DNA of 63,320 nt from a virus (IMGVR_UViG_3300033153_011833:1-63320); one strand, 5' to 3'; numbered from the stretch's first letter, positions 46,618 to 55,821 are shown. Translations and numbers: made by a program. The notes: a model not told the origin generated them from the letters alone.

Positions 46618-47694
46618 ATGAAAACAAACGATATTAAAAAAGCATTGATGAAAAAGAAAAGAGTAAAAAAATTGTCCTTCCTCAGCACTGGAAGCACCCT
46701 TTTGAATCTTGCTTGTACTGGTAATCCTTATTATGGTTTTGCTAAAGGTCATTTTTATTTTATAGTAGGTGATTCAATTAGTGGCAAAACTTTTTTAGCT
46801 CTTACTTGTTTAGCAGAAGCCAGCATCAATCCTGAATTTGATGACTATAGATTTATTTATGATGATGGCGAGGGTGGAGCCCTAATGAACATCGAACGAT
46901 TCTTTGGTTCAAAGGTTTGTGCGAGAATAGAAGCTCCTAGTTATTCCGGGACTAATCGAAAGGAGCCTGTTTATTCTACAACTATTGAAGAATTCTATTA
47001 CCATGTCGATGATGCATTACAAAAAGAAAAACCATTTATCTATATTTTAGATAGTATGGATAGTTTAAGTTCCGAAGCAGAAAAGAAAAAATTTGACGAA
47101 ACCAAAGCAGCATATAGAAAAGGGAAAAGAGAATCCGGTTCTTTTGGAGACGGCAAAGCAAAAAAGAATTCGGCTAATCTACGCCAGCTTTTAACCCCCC
47201 TACTAAAAAAACGGTCTATTCTTATTGTTATAAATCAAACTAGAGATAATCTCGGTTTTGGATTTATGAAGAAAACACGTTCAGGGGGGAGGGCTTTACG
47301 ATTTTATGCTACAATAGAATTATGGTCCTCCTCAAAAAGAAAGATATCAAAAATTGTCAAAGGCAAAACAAGACAATTAGGGGTGGAGTGTTGTATTCAA
47401 ATTAAAAAAAATAGAATCACAGGAAAAGAAAGAACATTAACCATTCCAATCTATCATTCATTTGGAATTGATGATATTGGTTCTTGTGTGGATTATTTGA
47501 TAGATGAAGGACATTGGAAAACACAGGGAAAAAAAATAAAAGCTTCTGAATTCAAATTCAAAGGTACAAGAACAAATCTTATCAGGTATATAGAAATCGA
47601 AGGAATAGAAAAAGAATTACGAAGCATTGTAGCTAATGTTTGGAATGAAATTGAAGAAGCTTGTACAATAAGCAGAAAAAAAAGGTACAAATAA
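46618..47694 (+). CDS. RecA/UvsX-like recombinase
   Basis: LSTGS..LN, GDSISGKT, ILDS, INQTR and SGGRALRFYA motifs. Confidence 0.9.
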   Translation: MKTNDIKKALMKKKRVKKLSFLSTGSTLLNLACTGNPYYGFAKGHFYFIVGDSISGKTFLALTCLAEASINPEFDDYRFIYDDGEGGALMNIERFFGSKVCARIEAPSYSGTNRKEPVYSTTIEEFYYHVDDALQKEKPFIYILDSMDSLSSEAEKKKFDETKAAYRKGKRESGSFGDGKAKKNSANLRQLLTPLLKKRSILIVINQTRDNLGFGFMKKTRSGGRALRFYATIELWSSSKRKISKIVKGKTRQLGVECCIQIKKNRITGKERTLTIPIYHSFGIDDIGSCVDYLIDEGHWKTQGKKIKASEFKFKGTRTNLIRYIEIEGIEKELRSIVANVWNEIEEACTISRKKRYK

Positions 47695-47774
47695 AAAGAA
47701 TTCTAAAAAATGATTTAGTTAAAGACATAAATGAAAGATGGCATGGATAAATCAAAAAGAAGAAAGATAGACAA

Positions 47775-48278
47775 ATGAAAAAATACACGAAAGAAGCAAT
47801 ACTAAAGATGACTAATCGGGAATTACATAAAGTAAGAGGAATGTTATTAAAAGGTAGAGCCAATGCTGACTGCTCACACTGCTCATACTGCTCATACTGC
47901 TTGAATTGTTCACACTGTTCAGAATGCTTGGGCTGCTCGGATTGCTCAGATTGCTTGGACTGCTCGGATTGCTTGGGCTGCTCATATTGCTCAGATTGCT
48001 TGGACTGCTCGAATTGCTCAGATTGCTCACACTGCTCAGATTGTTCAAACTGCTCATACTGCTCACACTGCTCAGATTGTTCATACTGCTCATACTGCTC
48101 ACACTGCTCAGATTGTTCATACTGCTCATACTGTTCGGACTGTTTGGACTGTTTGGATTGCTCAAACTCAGTTGGGCTTAAAAAGAGGCAATATATGATT
48201 TGCAACGTGCAGTTAACAAAAGAAGAATATGAAACTAAAATTAAAGAATTGAGTTTAGAAGCGATAAACAATGAATAA
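47775..48278 (+). CDS. Cys-x-x repeat protein, copy 2 (33 units)
   Basis: 9-bp repeats at 47871-48167; N- and C-terminal caps match copy 1. Confidence 0.75.
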   Translation: MKKYTKEAILKMTNRELHKVRGMLLKGRANADCSHCSYCSYCLNCSHCSECLGCSDCSDCLDCSDCLGCSYCSDCLDCSNCSDCSHCSDCSNCSYCSHCSDCSYCSYCSHCSDCSYCSYCSDCLDCLDCSNSVGLKKRQYMICNVQLTKEEYETKIKELSLEAINNE

Positions 48279-48408
48279 GAAAATAACAACTGAAGACATC
48301 TTAAGTAAAAAGCCTAATAAAGAGCGACTTACGAGGCGGTTTATTGGACGGCTGACAGGGCAGCTGCTCGCCGTAAACAAATCCGCAAGCTAATGGAGAT
48401 AGTGAATA

Positions 48409-49284
48409 ATGGGAAATTGTAGGCTTATTTTAGATTGCAATTACCTTTGTCATAGAGCAAAGTATTCTACCGGTGGATTGAGCCATGAAAACACGCCTAC
48501 CGGAGTTATATATGGATTCCTAAAAACCATCTCTCATTTCCAAGAGTTTTTTAACACCCCCCATGTAATATTTTGTTGGGATTCTAAATACTCCAAACGC
48601 AAAAAGATATTTCCAAAATACAAAGTCAATCGAAAAAACAAATACAAAGACATGGACGAAGAAGCCGTTAGATTTGAAAAAGAATTTAGATGGCAAATGA
48701 CAATGCTTCGTAAAAAATATCTGCCGGAAATAGGGTATAAAAATGTTTTTGTCCAAAAAGGATATGAAGCAGACGACCTTATAGCTTCTATTTGTATGAA
48801 TCTTCCTATGTTGGATAAGGCAATTATAATATCTTCGGACCAGGATTTATATCAGCTTATCAATTCCCAAACTTCTTTTTACAATCCTGCCAAAATGAAG
48901 ATATTGACTATGCAAAGGTTCAAAAAGAAATACGGGATAGAGCCTTATTTATGGCGGGAAGTTAAAATCATAGCCGGTTGTTCTACTGATGGAATTCCTG
49001 GGGTGGAAGGAGTTGGTGAAAAAACTGCTATTAAATATTTAAGAAAAGAATTGAAAGAGACAACTAAGGCTTATCAAAAAATAACTTCAAAAATAGGGTC
49101 TAACTTGTACAAAAGAAATGATAGGTTAATAGGACTACCTTTTAAGGGAACAAAAATATTCAAACTTCGAGAAGATAAAATTTCACAAGAAGGATGGAAT
49201 AGGGTTATGAAGCTGTTGGGAATGAAAAGTTTGCGGGGTAAGGCCCCTATATTCAAAAGACAGAAAAAAACAAAAAGGCGATAA
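48409..49284 (+). CDS. 5'-3' exonuclease / flap endonuclease
   Basis: LDCNYL, YKVNR, YEADD, SSDQD and DGIPGVEGVGEKTA motifs. Confidence 0.92.
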   Translation: MGNCRLILDCNYLCHRAKYSTGGLSHENTPTGVIYGFLKTISHFQEFFNTPHVIFCWDSKYSKRKKIFPKYKVNRKNKYKDMDEEAVRFEKEFRWQMTMLRKKYLPEIGYKNVFVQKGYEADDLIASICMNLPMLDKAIIISSDQDLYQLINSQTSFYNPAKMKILTMQRFKKKYGIEPYLWREVKIIAGCSTDGIPGVEGVGEKTAIKYLRKELKETTKAYQKITSKIGSNLYKRNDRLIGLPFKGTKIFKLREDKISQEGWNRVMKLLGMKSLRGKAPIFKRQKKTKRR

Positions 49285-49287
49285 ATA

Positions 49288-49755
49288 ATGAAAATAAAAG
49301 AGATTATTGAATTGATTGAAGAAGAAATGGTCCATGCTAATGCTTGTCCGGCATTTTATAAACAAAACCAAACCTTTTGCAATTGTTATAAAGCTAACGT
49401 TATTAAAACACTTAAACAACTCCAAACCGAGCTTGTCTCTATGACTAAGCGGGTGGAGAAAGCAGAGACCGGGAATGCGCGGCTGCGGGTTCTTTTGCAG
49501 GAAGCCGTAAATATATTGATGATGTTAGAATTAGAGGGGCAAGACTTGAAAGATTTACAGAGTTTTAAGCAAGCCCTGAAAGGCGGGGGAAGTATGTCTA
49601 AAGACGAAGCTATTGTTGAGGTAGGAAAACTCCAAGCCAAGAACGAACGGTTGAGGAAGTTACTCAGTGACACATTGCCGCATATTGAATGTGTTAATAA
49701 TTCTCAATCGAGCCTAATAACCGAAATAGGCGAAGCCCTGAAAGGCGGTGAATGA
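49288..49755 (+). CDS. Coiled-coil hypothetical protein (apparent fusion of two cassettes)
   Basis: Internal ALKGG-GSM junction and terminal ALKGGE. Confidence 0.5.
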   Translation: MKIKEIIELIEEEMVHANACPAFYKQNQTFCNCYKANVIKTLKQLQTELVSMTKRVEKAETGNARLRVLLQEAVNILMMLELEGQDLKDLQSFKQALKGGGSMSKDEAIVEVGKLQAKNERLRKLLSDTLPHIECVNNSQSSLITEIGEALKGGE

Positions 49756-50044
49756 TATGAAAGAAATGACATGCTGTAATTGTGGGGAAAAATATACACC
49801 CTTGACGGTACTTGGAAAGCATAACTGCAATCCGACTTATGCTCAACTCCAAGCAGAGATTACCACCATGACAGAGCGGGCGAAGAAAGCGGAGACAGAG
49901 CTTGACCGGTATAAGGAAGTCATTGACGAAATATATGACAAAACAACAGAGGGATACATTATAGAAATGATTGACGTTCTGCGTGGAAATGCTTTTTGGG
50001 ACGAACACGATGGGGCTGAATATCCAAAAAAAGGTGGCGAATAA
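49748..50044 (+). CDS. Hypothetical protein with CxxC and coiled coil
   Basis: Shares the QLQ.E...MT.R..KAET block with the upstream ORF. Confidence 0.5.
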   Translation: MNDMKEMTCCNCGEKYTPLTVLGKHNCNPTYAQLQAEITTMTERAKKAETELDRYKEVIDEIYDKTTEGYIIEMIDVLRGNAFWDEHDGAEYPKKGGE

Positions 50045-50217
50045 TGGAGAAAGACGATTTTGACACTAATGTACTAGTTGCACATATTGATGCGTTTGGT
50101 AAGGGACTAAATGATTGGGAAGTTAAATTCATTGCTGATTTAATAGACAACCCGCAAGAAAGTTATTCGGAAAAACAGATAGAGATAATACACAGAATTT
50201 ATGATGAAAAATGTTGA
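50044..50217 (+). CDS. 57-aa hypothetical protein (not in ORF track)
   Basis: MEKDDF...LNDWEVKFI...SEKQIEIIHRIYDEKC*. Confidence 0.55.
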   Translation: MEKDDFDTNVLVAHIDAFGKGLNDWEVKFIADLIDNPQESYSEKQIEIIHRIYDEKC

Positions 50218-50229
50218 AAAGGAAAAACA

Positions 50230-50619
50230 ATGTCCCCCACTCAAAGAACTTTACGCGAATTAAGGAACAATGGACGAATTTGTGCTATTGTTGAAAAATG
50301 GAATCCTCATGTCGGTCCGCACGGCATTCGTCAAGATTTATTTGGTATCATTGATGTTCTAGCTTTAGACCCAGAACGAGGTGTAGTGGGAATACAATGC
50401 TGCGGAGGAGATTTTGCCAGCCATGTAAAAAAGATAACCGAAGAAAGATTTCAAGAAACTTTGGATTGGCTGCAAACACCCGGAACATCATTAGAAATTT
50501 GGGGTTGGCGAAAATTAAAGAAAAAAAGGGGAGGGAAAGCTATGGTGTGGAGGCCGAGAATCCAAGAGATAACATTAAAAGATTTAGGAATAAAAAATGA
50601 TATCTCCAAACGAAATTAA
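50230..50619 (+). CDS. PD-(D/E)XK-fold nuclease, Holliday-junction resolvase candidate
   Basis: VEKWN, DLFGIIDVLAL..GIQ motifs. Confidence 0.55.
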   Translation: MSPTQRTLRELRNNGRICAIVEKWNPHVGPHGIRQDLFGIIDVLALDPERGVVGIQCCGGDFASHVKKITEERFQETLDWLQTPGTSLEIWGWRKLKKKRGGKAMVWRPRIQEITLKDLGIKNDISKRN

Positions 50620-50875
50620 AAAATCTCAAGCAAAGCATATTATAAAATTAGTAGAAGAAATGACAAGGGCGGAAGTTATGGCTCGTCTTGGCCCTTGTGG
50701 ATTTCCTGATTATGCTGATTATTATATGATTTCTCTCAAAAAGAAAGATGAATTGTTAGAATATATTTTTGGAACTTCTTCTTTGGTAGCATTAGGCCAT
50801 AGATGGAAAATGCTTAAAAGAAATGGAAAGGGGAAATGTGGGAAATTTAAGAAGAATAAAAAAGCATCTAATTAG
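50597..50875 (+). CDS. Hypothetical protein
   Basis: 92 aa, AGGA RBS, overlaps the upstream gene. Confidence 0.5.
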   Translation: MISPNEIKKSQAKHIIKLVEEMTRAEVMARLGPCGFPDYADYYMISLKKKDELLEYIFGTSSLVALGHRWKMLKRNGKGKCGKFKKNKKASN

Positions 50876-51022
50876 GAAAACAATGGACAGTAAAACTCTA
50901 AAACATCGTTTGGGCAAAATGCCTTTGTCCAAAATAAAATTAACCGTTATGGGGACCCCCAAAAAGAAAAGGAGAAAAAAGATGGCGAAGAAAAATAACA
51001 GGAAGGCAGGGGTGCAGATATA

Positions 51023-51274
51023 ATGAGAAATGTCATTATTTGCTTGTCCGCGATATTGGTAGCAATGACTATCGTAACCGTCGTGGCCACACAGAAACAA
51101 ATAGAAATTGTTTATATACAGTATTGGCCAAGTATAAAGGAAATGCAAGAATGGAGTGGAGCTCCCGTAGATGGCATTTGGGGAGATTTAACAGAGGACG
51201 CCTATGTCCCAAAACAAAAAGAATGGTATTGTAACTATATGTACCAACAATCAATGAAAGGTTTTGTAAAATGA
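51023..51274 (+). CDS. Membrane-anchored protein with peptidoglycan-binding-like motif
   Basis: N-terminal hydrophobic helix; Q..SGAPVDGIWGDLT. Confidence 0.5.
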   Translation: MRNVIICLSAILVAMTIVTVVATQKQIEIVYIQYWPSIKEMQEWSGAPVDGIWGDLTEDAYVPKQKEWYCNYMYQQSMKGFVK

Positions 51275-51446
51275 TATATTTATGGATTTGGGTAAATTGT
51301 GGTTTGGTTTGTTTTATTTTCGGGGAATTAAGCGATTGGTTTCTATTCAAACAGAAACCACAAAAAATCACATTGATAATTTCATTATTTTTAGGGCCAA
51401 TTTCTTTTTATTTTCTTATCAAATCTATTTATCGTGGATTGAAGAA

Positions 51447-52472
51447 ATGATTGAAAAAATCCAAATAAGAAATTTTGGCACTCATAAAAAATTAAATGTT
51501 GAATTTAGTCCCCTAGTTAATTCTATAATTGGGCGTAATGCATCTGGAAAGAGTACGATTATTAGAGCTATTAAATGGGCAGGGCAAAATAGACCTGTTG
51601 GTAATTCAATGATTAGATGGGAAGAGGATAGAGCATCTGTGCGTCTTGTTGTTGACGGTCATAAAATAACTCGTATCAAAAATAAAAATACCAATATCTA
51701 TAAACTTGATAGTAAATCTTCATACAAAGCCTTTAGAAATGACGTGCCAAAAGACATAAAGGAAATAGTAAATTTTTCAGATATCAATTTCCAAGGACAA
51801 CATGAGGCCCCTTTTTGGTTTTGTAAGACAGCAGGAGAAGTTTCTCGCCAACTCAACGCTATCATCAATTTAGAAATAATAGACCGCTCCTTGTCCAATA
51901 TAGATTCTGCTATGCGAGAATCCCAAGTCGTTGCCAAAGTTATAGCAAAAAGATTAGAAGATGCTGAATTACGACAAAATTCATATGCCTATGTTAATAA
52001 AATGGATTCAGATTTGCAAATAGTCGAATCAGCACAAAATCTATACCAAAAAAAAGCCGTAGAATCGGCGAGATTGCGAGATTTTATAAAATTAGTGCAA
52101 ACATATAGGTCCGAACGAAAAAACAGCTCAAAATTAGTTTCTCGCGGTAATTTGGTACTATCTAAAGGGCGAGTATATCAAAAATTAGGGGAACAAACAA
52201 AAAAACTAGCAAAAACGATTAAATTAGGAGAATCCTTTCTAATAAGTATAAATAAAAACCCTCTTTCGTTTAATCGTTTAGAAGTCCTCAAAAAGAAACA
52301 AGAATCGATTTCTAATCAGTGCGACCTGTTTGAGAGTTTGATAAGTAAAGTGGAAACATGTAGGAAAATAAAATGTCAAACAGAAAAAGATTTGAAAAAA
52401 TGCAAACAGGAATTAGACAAAGTCGCAGGCGAACGATGTCCTTTATGCGGAAAGAAAATGAAAAAGTTATAG
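51447..52472 (+). CDS. SbcC/Rad50 N-terminal half
   Basis: IQIRNF, GRNASGKS Walker A, Q-loop FQGQ, coiled coil ending in zinc hook CPLCG. Confidence 0.85.
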   Translation: MIEKIQIRNFGTHKKLNVEFSPLVNSIIGRNASGKSTIIRAIKWAGQNRPVGNSMIRWEEDRASVRLVVDGHKITRIKNKNTNIYKLDSKSSYKAFRNDVPKDIKEIVNFSDINFQGQHEAPFWFCKTAGEVSRQLNAIINLEIIDRSLSNIDSAMRESQVVAKVIAKRLEDAELRQNSYAYVNKMDSDLQIVESAQNLYQKKAVESARLRDFIKLVQTYRSERKNSSKLVSRGNLVLSKGRVYQKLGEQTKKLAKTIKLGESFLISINKNPLSFNRLEVLKKKQESISNQCDLFESLISKVETCRKIKCQTEKDLKKCKQELDKVAGERCPLCGKKMKKL

Positions 52473-53377
52473 CTATTTTTTGTGCCGATATTCATTTATC
52501 TTTTAAGGCTCCCGTTTGGCGGTCGGCTGAACCAGATTGGTTTCTAGCAATGGCAAGACCATTACTAGAATTGTCCACTCTCCAGCAGAAATATGAATGC
52601 CCTGTTATTTGTGCTGGAGATATACTTGATAGATGGAATAGTCCGCCCGAATTGATAAACTTTGCTATTGAACATTTACCTAATGATATGTATGCCGTTC
52701 CGGGACAACATGATTTACCTCTCCATAAATATGAAGATATCAAAAGAAGTGCTTATTGGACTCTAGTGGAAGCTGGAAAAATAAAGCATATTCCTCCGGG
52801 GAATCTATTAAATATAGCAGGTTCAGAATTGACATTGTATGGGTATCCATACGGTAAAAAAATAAATGCTATTACCACTCAAAGCGAATTTTTCCAAATA
52901 GCAGTTGTCCATGAATATCGTTGTATTAAAGGTAAAAGTTTTTCTCAAGCTCCTAGCGAATCTTACCTTTATAAAAATGAAAAAAATCTAATAGGATATG
53001 ATATAATTGTTTATGGAGATAACCACAAAGGATTCTTAACTAAAGTAAACAACAATTCTACAATTTTCAATTGTGGTACTTTGATGAGAAGAAAATCTGA
53101 TGAAATAAATTACAAACCACAAATTGGTTTATTATTTGAATCTAGAAAAGTAGAACCTTATTATTTGAATATCTCCGAAGATAAACATTTGGACATTCAA
53201 AACTCATTAGAGAAAAAAGATTCCTTAGATATAAAAACATTCATTAAGGAACTTGAAAAATTAGACGCTTCCGATTTGGATTTCCGCGAAACTGTAATAA
53301 GATACTTACTAAAAAAGAAGATAAATAAACCTGTTTGTGAAGTAATCTATAAGGCAATGGGGATACAAAATGAGTGA
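52445..53377 (+). CDS. SbcD/Mre11-like metallophosphoesterase nuclease
   Basis: ADIH, AGD, GQHD and GDNH motifs. Confidence 0.88.
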   Translation: MRKENEKVIAIFCADIHLSFKAPVWRSAEPDWFLAMARPLLELSTLQQKYECPVICAGDILDRWNSPPELINFAIEHLPNDMYAVPGQHDLPLHKYEDIKRSAYWTLVEAGKIKHIPPGNLLNIAGSELTLYGYPYGKKINAITTQSEFFQIAVVHEYRCIKGKSFSQAPSESYLYKNEKNLIGYDIIVYGDNHKGFLTKVNNNSTIFNCGTLMRRKSDEINYKPQIGLLFESRKVEPYYLNISEDKHLDIQNSLEKKDSLDIKTFIKELEKLDASDLDFRETVIRYLLKKKINKPVCEVIYKAMGIQNE

Positions 53378-53615
53378 CAAACTGCTAAAAAAGTATATGG
53401 GATTGAAAAAGAAAGTAGAACGAGCTCAACAAGAAGCGGATAAAGCAGAAGGGGCTTTGGAGCAAGTTATGAAACAACTCAAGAAAGAATTCGGTTGCTC
53501 CACTCTGGAAGAAGCCAAAAAAAAATTAAAGGTTTTGGAAAAACAAAAACAAAAAGCTGAAAAAGATTTTGAAATTGCCGTAGAAGAATTTGAGGAAGAA
53601 TGGGATGGGAATTGA
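53370..53615 (+). CDS. Small coiled-coil protein
   Basis: 81 aa, all-helical heptad pattern. Confidence 0.65.
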   Translation: MSDKLLKKYMGLKKKVERAQQEADKAEGALEQVMKQLKKEFGCSTLEEAKKKLKVLEKQKQKAEKDFEIAVEEFEEEWDGN

Positions 53616-53750
53616 TTATAGAAAAGTCCCCTCGGTTTGTTCCATTTGCAAAAAAAGATTAGTGGTTTATAAAAAAGTAAAACATTGCAAGGAATGTCAC
53701 TCAAACTACAATAAAAAGAATTATAGAAAACATCATAAAAGGAGTTTGAG

Positions 53751-53960
53751 ATGTTAGTATTAGGTAGAAAAGAAGGAGAATCTATACTAATTGATTTTGA
53801 AAAAGAATCTGTTCCTTCCATAGTAGAAATAATCATACTTGACCTTCAAAAAAGAAAAGGTCGAGTTTGCATTGGAATCAAAGCAGATACTTCCATACCC
53901 ATTTATAGAAAAGAAATCTGCGGGGCCCTTAAAAAAGAAAAGAATAATGAACCTGCTTAA
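53751..53960 (+). CDS. csrA: Carbon storage regulator CsrA/RsmA homolog
   Basis: MLVLGRKEGESILI...GRVCIGIKA...IPIYRKEI matches the CsrA pattern; AAGGAG RBS. Confidence 0.85.
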   Translation: MLVLGRKEGESILIDFEKESVPSIVEIIILDLQKRKGRVCIGIKADTSIPIYRKEICGALKKEKNNEPA

Positions 53961-54516
53961 GACCCGAAAAAAAGTAAATAAATTGCTCGGAGAATTTGCC
54001 TCCGCCAAAAGACAGTGCCGAGAAGAGAAAAGAAATCTTAAACGGGCAAAGCAAGAATTAGAACACATTAAGGAAGCCCAATGTATTCTCCAACAAGTAT
54101 CGCAAATGGTCCAACAACAAGCCCACAAAAAAATAGAAGGAGTAGTGAACAAGTGCTTGGAAGCGGTGTTCGGTAGTGAGTACGGTTTCAAAATCCGTTT
54201 TGAGCGAAAAAGGGGTAGAACAGAAGCTGTTTTATTATTGTTGAAACATGGCCATGAAATAGAAGACCCGATGAATGCTGATAGCGGCGGTGTGATTGAC
54301 GTGGCTGCTTTGGCTTTACGATTGTCAAGCATAGTCCTTACAAAACCACAATTAAGAAAAGTTCTTTTTATGGACGAACCCTTTAGAAATTTAGATTTAC
54401 AAAACAGAGAAAATATAAGAATACTTCTAGAAACATTATCAAAAGAATTCAAAATTCAATTTATTATCGTAACGCATGAGATTGCTTTTCAAATAGGAAA
54501 GGTAATTGAATTATGA
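53947..54516 (+). CDS. SbcC/Rad50 C-terminal half
   Basis: DSGG signature, FMDEPF Walker B/D-loop, IVTH. Confidence 0.85.
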   Translation: MNLLKTRKKVNKLLGEFASAKRQCREEKRNLKRAKQELEHIKEAQCILQQVSQMVQQQAHKKIEGVVNKCLEAVFGSEYGFKIRFERKRGRTEAVLLLLKHGHEIEDPMNADSGGVIDVAALALRLSSIVLTKPQLRKVLFMDEPFRNLDLQNRENIRILLETLSKEFKIQFIIVTHEIAFQIGKVIEL

Positions 54517-54788
54517 ATGAAAATAAAATAGAAGAAAAACGGCAAGAATGGTGTAAACGTATTCCTCAAATGTATCAAAAAAATTATCAAAAGGCTATGA
54601 AAGGCAGAAGTTTGAAATCCGCTGTTAAAGCTAAATGTTTGGAGTGTGCTAATTGGCAAAAAGAAGGGATAAAAAAATGTCTTATTCCAACTTGTCCATT
54701 ATTCCCGTATAGGCCTTACCAAAAAGACCCGTGGAAGGCTCACAAAGGAATCAAGACCAAGACAAGTTATGCAAAGAAACTACAATAA
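54513..54788 (+). CDS. Small zinc-binding protein
   Basis: AVKAKCLEC...C....CPLFPYR motif. Confidence 0.6.
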   Translation: MNENKIEEKRQEWCKRIPQMYQKNYQKAMKGRSLKSAVKAKCLECANWQKEGIKKCLIPTCPLFPYRPYQKDPWKAHKGIKTKTSYAKKLQ

Positions 54789-54894
54789 AAGTGTGGCGTG
54801 TACGCCATAGTTTTTAATAAGGCATATCATATTAGTCATTTTGTACTTACAAAGGAGTTATAATAAAAAGTACGGCGTGTACGTCGTACTTTTT
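54787..54894. terminator. Two related palindromic hairpins with A/T tails
   Basis: AAAAGTGTGGCGTGTACGCCATAGTTTTT and AAAAAGTACGGCGTGTACGTCGTACTTTTT. Confidence 0.55.
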
Positions 54895-54933
54895 AACAAA
54901 AGAATAAAATCTCAATAGAAAGGCAATTGAATT

Positions 54934-55152
54934 ATGAATGCAAAAAATATTCACAAATTAGAACAAGCTGCACAGGACCTAAAAGTGCATCTAGCACCTA
55001 CCCTTAGAACTTTTTTTGAAGGGTGTCTAGAAAATGGTTTTACAAGAGAGGAATCTTTTACACTTACTAGAGATTTATTCGATATCGCCGTTACAACTGC
55101 ATTACCATATATAAATATAGATTCCAATCTTGATGATATGTCGAATGACTAA
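54934..55152 (+). CDS. Hypothetical protein, last gene of the rightward arm
   Basis: 72 aa, GAAAGG RBS. Confidence 0.55.
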   Translation: MNAKNIHKLEQAAQDLKVHLAPTLRTFFEGCLENGFTREESFTLTRDLFDIAVTTALPYINIDSNLDDMSND

Positions 55153-55170
55153 AATTAAGGGAACCGTTCC

Positions 55171-55821
55171 TCAGTGTTTGGAATCGCTGGGAGCGATTTT
55201 GGAAAGGACCTGAGGTAACGGTTCCTGTAATGTGCTCTTCAAAATCTTTCCTTTATTTTTCCTTACTTTTCTACTTGCCTGATAATGAACTATAACAAGA
55301 TTTTTATTAACTCCATATCTTGCACCGTGAATTTTACAATAATTTTCCGGTAAATGATAAAAGTTATCGCCTAATACCTGTTCCAAAGATTTTTGGTCCC
55401 ACTGTGCAGGTTTCCTTTTGCATTGTGTCTCCCACCTTTCTATTAAACTATAGGTTTCTTCATTGTTCCTTAAAAAAATAGTTCCACTAAGAACTTCAAA
55501 TCCTTTGTATCTCTTATTAAAATGACTTTGGTCAAAAAGATGAACCGCTATATTGTCTTTTATTTCTTTGAATAATTTTGGATACCCAAAAAATACAGCG
55601 TCACAATCAACGTACACTATATTTATCTTAGGAAACTTATTCATCATTCTTTTGATAAACGTGGGTTTATAATTAACATTCTTATACCAATCTCCCAAAC
55701 TTTCAATGCTTTCAACATAATAAAATAAGTTATACTGATTCAAAGAATCTACAAGAGTTTTGGCATGTTCTTCATAAAAAGTATTCTTCGTAAAATAAGA
55801 TACAACAATAAAAGAATTCAT
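55171..55821 (-). CDS. Nucleotide-diphospho-sugar (GT-A) transferase
   Basis: KP.FI, YVDCDA (DxD), SGTIFL, WDQ and HYQASR motifs. Confidence 0.75.
   Translation of the reverse strand: MNSFIVVSYFTKNTFYEEHAKTLVDSLNQYNLFYYVESIESLGDWYKNVNYKPTFIKRMMNKFPKINIVYVDCDAVFFGYPKLFKEIKDNIAVHLFDQSHFNKRYKGFEVLSGTIFLRNNEETYSLIERWETQCKRKPAQWDQKSLEQVLGDNFYHLPENYCKIHGARYGVNKNLVIVHYQASRKVRKNKGKILKSTLQEPLPQVLSKIAPSDSKH

Noticed and set aside
46071-46697. Ser/Phe-rich minus-strand ORFs here and at 34482..35270
   Set aside because: They are antisense shadows of the acidic and Lys-rich plus-strand genes.
23520-48167. Diversity-generating retroelement (TR/VR pair) between the Cys-repeat paralogs
   Set aside because: No reverse transcriptase was seen, and the differences are in repeat number and not confined to adenines.
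23432-48289. Antisense or alternate-frame ORFs over the Cys repeats (EQYEQSEQ, SSMSS, LLGLL types)
   Set aside because: They are shadow frames of the 9-bp repeat; the plus-strand Cys frame has conserved caps in both copies and matches the operon direction.
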